Part shown: one piece after another, positions 57,945 through 64,000 of the stretch | Numbering within the stretch: the stretch's first letter is position 1 | Layout of the letters: each line of letters starts with the position of its first letter | Assembly: GCA_963692915.1 (NCBI GenBank) | Contig: OY843584.1 | Coordinates: 416,001-480,000, forward strand | Source of the DNA: Cenarchaeum sp. | Lineage (GTDB): Archaea; Thermoproteota; Nitrososphaeria; Nitrososphaerales; Nitrosopumilaceae | Reading direction: 5' to 3' | DNA: 64,000 nucleotides | Program-made: the position numbers and the translations under genes | Notes under the pieces: generated by a model | What the model was told of the DNA's origin: nothing | What the model saw: the letters and a program-made list of their open reading frames with translations, nothing else | Database searches by the model: none

Positions 57945-58595
57945 ATGCTGCTGCGTGACGCAAGGATAGCAGTCGCCACGGCACACGGCAGGCACTATTA
58001 CAGGTTTGTGAGATCGTTGCGCGCACTTGGAGTTCGTTTTGACTCGATCACCCCGTCTCGCATGTCCGGATACGGGGGAGATCTCGTGCTCTCCACGCGC
58101 GCCGAGACCCCTGCGGGACTGCACGTTCCAGTGCTGCACGAGGAGACATCCGAGACGCACCCCGTGCTGTTATGCGGGATGATCATGCAAAAGCTAGGTC
58201 ATCGACCACTTGGTGATGATCTTGTGCTAGGAGTTGATCCTGGCAGCCGCACAGGCCTGTCGATCTTTTACTGTGGGCGCGAGATTGGCACGTCGTTTCA
58301 CACGTCCGTTGACGAGCTTGTGTCGCACATGATCGACCTCATGGTTGGCCTTGGAGCACGAAAAAAGACTGTCAGGATTGGCAGCGGCAACATGGCCGTG
58401 ACAAAAAAGATATGCGACCTGCTAAACCTGCGGTTCTGCTCGTCATTTGATCTCGAGCTGGTTGATGAGCACGGGACTAGCCCACGCACGCGCCGCCTCA
58501 ACCGGCGCGGCACGAGGGACATGCTGTCTGCACGGAGCATTGCCCAGAGAGCCGGAAAAAAACGCACCGTCCTGCCGCACTCGGTGCCTGCCTAG
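57945..58595 (+). CDS. hypothetical protein with an RNase H-like (YqgF-type) domain
   Basis: LGVDPG..TG, RIGSG, VDEHGTS, D..SA motifs. Confidence 0.7.
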   Translation: MLLRDARIAVATAHGRHYYRFVRSLRALGVRFDSITPSRMSGYGGDLVLSTRAETPAGLHVPVLHEETSETHPVLLCGMIMQKLGHRPLGDDLVLGVDPGSRTGLSIFYCGREIGTSFHTSVDELVSHMIDLMVGLGARKKTVRIGSGNMAVTKKICDLLNLRFCSSFDLELVDEHGTSPRTRRLNRRGTRDMLSARSIAQRAGKKRTVLPHSVPA

Positions 58596-59302
58596 GACTG
58601 TTCAGGCGCGTCGCGCTTTACATAGATATAGTTCATGAGGACACCGGCAATGATTCCTCCGACTATGGGCGCGACCCAGTACATCCAGTGAAACTCCCAC
58701 ACGCCAGAAAAGACGGCCGGTCCGAATGACCTTGCGGGGTTTACTGACGCGCCAGTCAGGGGAACGCCTACCAGGTGGATGATCGTAACGATGCCGCCGA
58801 CGATAAAGCCGTGCCATCCGGCAGGCGCCTTTCTGTGGACAATCCCCATGAATATGGCAAGAACCAGAAAGAACGTCAGTATGACCTCGACTAGGAACCC
58901 CGAGGCGACGCTGTTCCCGATGATCTCACTCGGGCCGGTGTGGCCGGCAAAGGCCACAGTCCTTGCAAGGTCTGGCATTATGGCAGCAATTGTCGCCGAT
59001 GCTATCACGGCACCGGCTATCTGAGCCCCCACATAGCCGATCCCCTCGCGGACGCTAATCTTCCTCGTGATGACCATGGGTATCGTGACTGCGGGGTTGA
59101 TGTGCGCGCCTGATATGTGCCCAAAGGCGTACACCATGATCCCAATAATGCCGCCGTGCGTGAGCGATATGAGCAGCAGTCCCTCGTTTGTCATCTCTCC
59201 GCCGCCATAGACGGCCACGCCCAGAACGACTGAGAGCGATCCAAAGAACACTAGCGCGTACGTCGCTATCGCCTCGGCGATCCATGCTCTTGGGCCGTTC
59301 AC
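58592..59302 (-). CDS. aquaporin (MIP family)
   Basis: HISGAHINPAVT and SVNPARSFGPA. Confidence 0.96.
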   Translation of the reverse strand: MNGPRAWIAEAIATYALVFFGSLSVVLGVAVYGGGEMTNEGLLLISLTHGGIIGIMVYAFGHISGAHINPAVTIPMVITRKISVREGIGYVGAQIAGAVIASATIAAIMPDLARTVAFAGHTGPSEIIGNSVASGFLVEVILTFFLVLAIFMGIVHRKAPAGWHGFIVGGIVTIIHLVGVPLTGASVNPARSFGPAVFSGVWEFHWMYWVAPIVGGIIAGVLMNYIYVKRDAPEQS

Positions 59303-59450
59303 GAGCCAAATTGGAAGATCCAGTGCTTATAAAGCCATCGACAACTGCGATCATCTGGGGGCAGAACCGTGTCAATGCTGCTCTGATCATAGGTTGACAC
59401 GGCGCACGCAAGCCTTAATTTTGACAGCGCCGTCGCCGCCTCTGCACACA

Positions 59451-60257
59451 ATGACAGCAAGGAGATTGCGGCCGCGGGTCGCGCGCAAACCGAGACGCGC
59501 CATCCCGCGCATATCCACCCGTGGCACGTATGACCTGAGGACAGGCGCTGCCCTAAAGCGTGCAACACGCTACACCGTGTGGCCTCGGGCAAAATTTGAC
59601 GCGTCTGCGGCCGTGTCGCCTGAGATCGCCATTGTTGTCCATGGCATGAGAAACAACCGTGTCGGAGCCGCCGACAAGTTTGCAATCGCGCAGAGGCGCC
59701 TGCGCTCCCTGGGATACAAGTTTCCCATAGTGGGGTATACGTATGATGCTGACGTCCGCGGCGCACACTCGGCAGCAACGGAGGCCAGGGCGCTTCGCAC
59801 TGCTGAGGCAATAGCGGTGCGCAACGGCCGGCACCTCGCGGCGTTCATCGCTGATCACGTGGCGGCGCACCCGCATGTGCGCATCCGCCTCATTGGCCAC
59901 TCGCTTGGATCGCTGGTAATAGACAGCGCGCTGCGCCGCCTCGATTCCCTAAAGACAGGATCCAACGCAGTGGAGAGCGTTCACCTCTTTGGGGCATCCC
60001 TCGGGGTCGCACGCGCCGCCTCTGCACAGTCGCGGCACGCAGTCAGGCGCGTCGTGCGCCGCCGCCTAGTCAACTGCTACTGCCCGACTGACGAGGTCCT
60101 TCGCCACTCTGCAGACGCCGGTGACATTGATGCGCCAGTTGGCCTTGTGGGCCTGCCGACCCCGCGCAGGCTGCCTGCGCACTATGCGCAGCGGCGCCTC
60201 TATCCGCGCAACCACAGATTTGCAAGCTATGTGGCCGCATTGCGCTCGTTTCCCTGA
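59451..60257 (+). CDS. alpha/beta hydrolase fold protein
   Basis: VVHG, GHSLG nucleophile elbow, D..L, C-terminal His. Confidence 0.8.
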   Translation: MTARRLRPRVARKPRRAIPRISTRGTYDLRTGAALKRATRYTVWPRAKFDASAAVSPEIAIVVHGMRNNRVGAADKFAIAQRRLRSLGYKFPIVGYTYDADVRGAHSAATEARALRTAEAIAVRNGRHLAAFIADHVAAHPHVRIRLIGHSLGSLVIDSALRRLDSLKTGSNAVESVHLFGASLGVARAASAQSRHAVRRVVRRRLVNCYCPTDEVLRHSADAGDIDAPVGLVGLPTPRRLPAHYAQRRLYPRNHRFASYVAALRSFP

Positions 60258-60263
60258 GGCGCG

Positions 60264-61286
60264 CTAGAACCACTTGTCAAGGTTGTTCGCCTGCCTCTCC
60301 TTGGCCTTTTGCAGCCTGGATAGCGATGCGGACACCCTCTCCTCTGAAAAGCTCCGCTCGCCGGCAAGGTATGCTACTATGGCCTTGACGTCAACGTCAC
60401 CGGGGCTCAGGTCAGCCTCGCACGCCTCGGGCTCATCGAGGAATATCTTTCGTATTGCACCATGGTCAATCTCCGCAAGCTCGTCGGCGATGCTTGGGAT
60501 GTCCTCGAGGCGCCCGTGCTCCCTGATGAGCTTTATTGCAGTCTTTGGCCCAATCCTCGTAAATCCGTCAGGGTTAAAGTCAGTTCCAACGAGTATTCCG
60601 ACATCGACTAGTTGCTCGCGCGTTATTCCCAGCGAGTCAAGCGTCTTTTGCGCGCTTATCGTCTCTATCTCGACGTCAACGTATGTGTTTCGGTTTGGCA
60701 GCTTGCGCCTCCCGCTTAGGCTAAAGTTCCTCACGAGGCGTGTTGCGCCAAAGAGCACAGAGTCATAGTCCTGGCTTGCCGACGCGTATGCCTGGCCAGT
60801 TCTTGTCAGATATGCGGCAAATGCCTCTCCTTCCGATGGCGCCTCCACGCACGGTATGCCAAACATTCCGAGCAGCTTTTTTGCGTCAGCTACCATCTCG
60901 TCTCGCATTGCCGTGGTCTGTTGCGCATACTTTTTGGCTGACTCCATGTCGCCCTCGCGCACGGCCTTTTCGTACTTTATGGCCGCGTCCTTTTTTGCGC
61001 TGCGCCTCCTTTCTATCTCGGCGGCCTTTAGCGACGGCGGCCTGCCATCAAAGACGTACACGGGCTTGACCCCGCCGGAGAGGAACTTTATGTTGCGATA
61101 GAACAGGCCGGCGAGATGGCTAGTCGTGCGTCCGCGCGCATCTGCCAGAGGCGCGCCGTCGGCACCGCGTATGGACGCCATGAACTGGTACATTGCATTG
61201 TATGCGTCAATGGCCACGGTCTTTGACATGAACGCCTCCATGCTCGACTTTTCCCTGACTACCAGGGGCTTTAGGTCAAGGCCCAT
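60264..61286 (-). CDS. fen: flap endonuclease 1
   Basis: DAYN..YQF, VFDG, APSEGEA, SQDYD, GTDFN motifs; C-terminal PIP box QANNLDKWF. Confidence 0.97.
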   Translation of the reverse strand: MGLDLKPLVVREKSSMEAFMSKTVAIDAYNAMYQFMASIRGADGAPLADARGRTTSHLAGLFYRNIKFLSGGVKPVYVFDGRPPSLKAAEIERRRSAKKDAAIKYEKAVREGDMESAKKYAQQTTAMRDEMVADAKKLLGMFGIPCVEAPSEGEAFAAYLTRTGQAYASASQDYDSVLFGATRLVRNFSLSGRRKLPNRNTYVDVEIETISAQKTLDSLGITREQLVDVGILVGTDFNPDGFTRIGPKTAIKLIREHGRLEDIPSIADELAEIDHGAIRKIFLDEPEACEADLSPGDVDVKAIVAYLAGERSFSEERVSASLSRLQKAKERQANNLDKWF

Positions 61287-61431
61287 GCGCACGGCCCTGA
61301 TGGTGTCCTAATTTGTGTATGTCGGACAGGTCGTGATTGGCTTCCCCTGGCAGGGCTCGTGCGCCACTTGCCTGTACCCGTGCGTAAGGTTGGCGCCTTT
61401 CTATATTAAGGAGTGTGCCTGCGTGCGGCAC

Positions 61432-61530
61432 GCCGGGTTAGCCAAGTGGTTACGGCGATCGCCTCGAGATCCAACAGGTGAGCGATTGCGCTTACGGCGC
61501 GCAAGGGTTCGAATCCCTTACCCGGCGCCA
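61432..61530 (+). tRNA. tRNA-Ser(CGA) with a ~12-nt canonical 37/38 intron (61469-61480)
   Basis: GCCGGGT/ACCCGGC acceptor, ATCGC..GCGAT anticodon stem, long variable arm, GGTTCGAATCC, CCA. Confidence 0.88.
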
Positions 61531-61558
61531 ACCAATTCTGGCCTGGGACTGTATGTTT

Positions 61559-61635
61559 TGGTGCCGGGGGCGGGACTTGAACGCGCGACAGCTCGGTCTT
61601 CAGCCGAGTGCTCTCCCGGGCTGAGCTACCCCGGC
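61559..61635 (-). tRNA. tRNA-Phe(GAA)
   Basis: Reverse complement GCCGGGGTAGCTCAG...CTCGG-CTGAAGA-CCGAG...TTCAAGT...CCCCGGCACCA. Confidence 0.93.
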
Positions 61636-61664
61636 ACGTGTCCATGCACGCCAGGCAGGCGTGA

Positions 61665-62207
61665 TTAAAGTGTGTCTTTGGCGCTCCACGTGCGCTCGGC
61701 GCAGCCATCGGCGGCATTGGCCGCGCGCGCCATGACAAAGAGGAGGTCTGATGCCCTATTGATGTATGCGAGGCACTCCTTGCGCGCGCCCTTGTGCACT
61801 AGCCCGACGGTGAGCGTCTCGGCGCGCCGCATGACAGTCCTCGCTAGGTGGAGGTGGGCGGCTGCAACACTGCCGCCGGGGAGGACAAAGTTGGAGAGCG
61901 GCTCGAGCTCCCCGTCGATCTCGTCGATGAACTCTTCGAGGCGGCTCACCATTGCGCCACTGACGAACACCTTGCCACCGCCTTTCTCGTCTGCCAGGTC
62001 TGCGCCGACTGTGAGCAGGTCGGCCTGCATTATGGTGAGCATCTCGGCGAGCCTTTTGCTCACGCCGTGCGATATGGCCACGCCGATGGCCGCGCTGGCC
62101 TCATCTACTGCGCCATAGGCCATGACGAGCGAGTCTGACTTTGAGACGCGCATGCCGTCTGGCAGGGCCGTCTGACCCGCATCACCCGTGCGTGTGTATA
62201 TGCGCAT
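61665..62207 (-). CDS. pduO: cob(I)alamin adenosyltransferase, PduO type
   Basis: IYTRTGDAGQT, YGAVDE, FVLPGG, RRAE, NRASDLLF motifs. Confidence 0.93.
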   Translation of the reverse strand: MRIYTRTGDAGQTALPDGMRVSKSDSLVMAYGAVDEASAAIGVAISHGVSKRLAEMLTIMQADLLTVGADLADEKGGGKVFVSGAMVSRLEEFIDEIDGELEPLSNFVLPGGSVAAAHLHLARTVMRRAETLTVGLVHKGARKECLAYINRASDLLFVMARAANAADGCAERTWSAKDTL

Positions 62208-62281
62208 TGCCGCGCCTGTGCGCGTGCCCTATATTATGGATTTTGAATCCTTTAATACGGGATCGTGTGTAGGGTGGCACG

Positions 62282-62407
62282 ATGGAGCCAAAGACCAAGT
62301 GTCCCTACTGTGACTCGGAGTTTGAGGAAAAAGATGAGCTCTCGCGGCATATCGACAGGATACACCACGGAAGCGGTCTGCTTGAAGGAGACACGAGAAA
62401 GTATTGA
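62282..62407 (+). CDS. 41-aa C2H2 zinc-finger microprotein
   Basis: Manual translation MEPKTKCPYCDSEFEEKDELSRHIDRIHHGSGLLEGDTRKY; TTTAATA upstream. Confidence 0.75.
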   Translation: MEPKTKCPYCDSEFEEKDELSRHIDRIHHGSGLLEGDTRKY

Positions 62408-62927
62408 GCCCCTGCGCGAGCTCTTTGAGCGCGCTGCAGGACTAAAGGTGACTCGCCGTAGTGGCTGGGTCGAAAGGCTCGGCCTCGAGTCCGTCGAGTC
62501 AGTCGCCGATCACACGTACGCAACTGCGTTCATGTCAATGGTCTATGCCGATATCATGGGACTTGACACGTGCAGGGTGGTGCGCATGGCGCTCCTCCAT
62601 GATCTTGCCGAGTCGATAACCGGAGACATTACGCCAGGATCGCTTCCGGCCGGCCAAAAGGAGTCTGATGAGCGCGCCGCAATGGACTCGCTGCTCTCGC
62701 TGCTTCCGCAGGATGTGCGCGCCGGTTATTCTGCGGCATGGGCAGAGTACCTTGCAGGCGAGTCGCGCGAGTCGCGCCTTGTGAGGCAGGCTGACAAGCT
62801 CGAGATGGCAATGCAGGCGAGCCGCTATGCGAACGCCGGTGACATTGGCCCGTTTATGAAAACGGCACGCGAGCACGTGGGTGACTCTGGCCTCCTTCGC
62901 ATGCTAGACGCCTGCGAGCGTGGCTAG
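62382..62927 (+). CDS. HD-domain hydrolase (HDDC2/YfbR-like 5'-deoxynucleotidase family)
   Basis: LK..RSGW, ESVADH, LHDLAE, ADKLE motifs; start TTG 62382 or ATT 62403. Confidence 0.88.
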   Translation: MKETRESIEPLRELFERAAGLKVTRRSGWVERLGLESVESVADHTYATAFMSMVYADIMGLDTCRVVRMALLHDLAESITGDITPGSLPAGQKESDERAAMDSLLSLLPQDVRAGYSAAWAEYLAGESRESRLVRQADKLEMAMQASRYANAGDIGPFMKTAREHVGDSGLLRMLDACERG

Positions 62928-62991
62928 GGGCGCGCATGTCCGCGCCGGGATAGGTTAATTACGCTAGCGCGCCGGCGCGTCTGCCAGAGAG

Positions 62992-63270
62992 TTGCCCGAA
63001 TATGCAGTCAGCGTAACGATCGAGAACCGTCCCGGCATGGCCGATCCCGAGGGCGAGACGATACTGCGGGATCTCGTCTTGAGGGCATCGTATGACAGCG
63101 TGCGCGAGGTTCGCACCGCTCGTGTGCTGCGCTTTAGGGTCGATGCCAGGGATGCAGGGGACGCCGAGGGGCGCATAGGGCGCATGTGCGCGGAGCTGCG
63201 CATATACAACCCGCTCGTGAGCCGCGTGACGGTCAGGGCTGACGGTGCGACAGAGTCCAAGGTTAATTAA
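62992..63270 (+). CDS. purS: phosphoribosylformylglycinamidine synthase subunit PurS
   Basis: DPEGETI...NP; directly precedes purQ. Confidence 0.92.
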   Translation: MPEYAVSVTIENRPGMADPEGETILRDLVLRASYDSVREVRTARVLRFRVDARDAGDAEGRIGRMCAELRIYNPLVSRVTVRADGATESKVN

Positions 63271-63974
63271 TGCGGGCACTCACGCACTGCGGCGTGCGGG
63301 TGGCAATCCTAGTTTTTCCCGGGAGCAACTGTGATCGCGACGTGCACCATGTCCTCTCTGACGTGCTCGGCTTTGAGGTCGAGCGTGTGTGGCACGAGAG
63401 CGGGGTGCCGGCGCGAACCGACGCCGTCGTGCTGCCGGGGGGCTTCTCCTACGGGGATCGACTCAGGGCAGGGGCAATAGCGGCACACAGCCCCGCAGTC
63501 AGGGATGTCACCGAGCTGGCACGCAGCGGCATCCCAGTTATTGGCATATGCAACGGGTTTCAGATACTTGTCGAGGCGGGCCTCCTGCCCGGCGCGCTGC
63601 TCCACAACGAGCGCCTCTCCTTTATGTGCCGCTGGACAAAAATATCAGTCGAGAGCACGGACACGCCGTTCACGAGGATATTTTCGGCAGGCGAGGAGAT
63701 TGCAATCCCGGTGGCAAACGGGGAGGGGAGGTACTATGCCGACGAGGAAACGCTGCGCGACCTGGAGCGCAACTCACAGATCGTGTTTCGCTATGCCGAG
63801 CACGTCAACGGCTCAACTGCGAGGATAGCCGGCGTGTGCAGCAGGGAGCGTAACGTTGTTGGCATGATGCCGCATCCCGAGAGGGCATCAGAGCCTGAGA
63901 CTGACCGACACTCCGGCGGGACAGCCTCGGCAATATTTCGCTCCCTGCTCGGGCTTGCAGGAGCTGCCGCATGA
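63270..63974 (+). CDS. purQ: phosphoribosylformylglycinamidine synthase subunit PurQ
   Basis: FPGSNCD, GGFSYGD, GICNGFQ, MMPHPER motifs. Confidence 0.96.
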   Translation: MRALTHCGVRVAILVFPGSNCDRDVHHVLSDVLGFEVERVWHESGVPARTDAVVLPGGFSYGDRLRAGAIAAHSPAVRDVTELARSGIPVIGICNGFQILVEAGLLPGALLHNERLSFMCRWTKISVESTDTPFTRIFSAGEEIAIPVANGEGRYYADEETLRDLERNSQIVFRYAEHVNGSTARIAGVCSRERNVVGMMPHPERASEPETDRHSGGTASAIFRSLLGLAGAAA

Positions 63975-64000
63975 CGGGGCTCTCGGGGCAGGAGATGGCC
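63971..64000 (+). CDS. purL: 5' end of probable PurL (truncated by the window edge)
   Basis: ATGA overlap with the purQ stop, MTGLSGQEM; purSQL gene order. Confidence 0.55.
   Translation, partial: MTGLSGQEMA

Overview
High-GC archaeal chromosome segment, inferred to be a Nitrosopumilaceae (Thaumarchaeota) genome, possibly a Cenarchaeum-like symbiont. The inference rests on archaeal r-proteins (L40e, S26e, L32e, L19e), Spt5/SecE, FEN1, class I LysRS, Elp3, GHMP shikimate kinase, intron-containing tRNAs and TATA boxes about 25 nt upstream of starts. Most of the window is housekeeping: aroDEKA, cysS, nadE, purM/S/Q/L, sod, ilvB-ilvH-leuB, aspS, pckA, map and four tRNAs. One accessory block (~3.7-22.3 kb) stands out. 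It holds (i) a G17 tract and promoter ahead of a 5223-aa secreted Ig-like repeat protein, in which two multi-domain cassettes appear inserted in circularly permuted form inside other domains, and (ii) a lower-GC orphan GHKL/MORC-type ATPase with an AbiEi-like C-terminus, preceded by a non-coding 46-bp tandem array that has its own divergent TATA box. All family assignments come from motif recognition; no database search was run.
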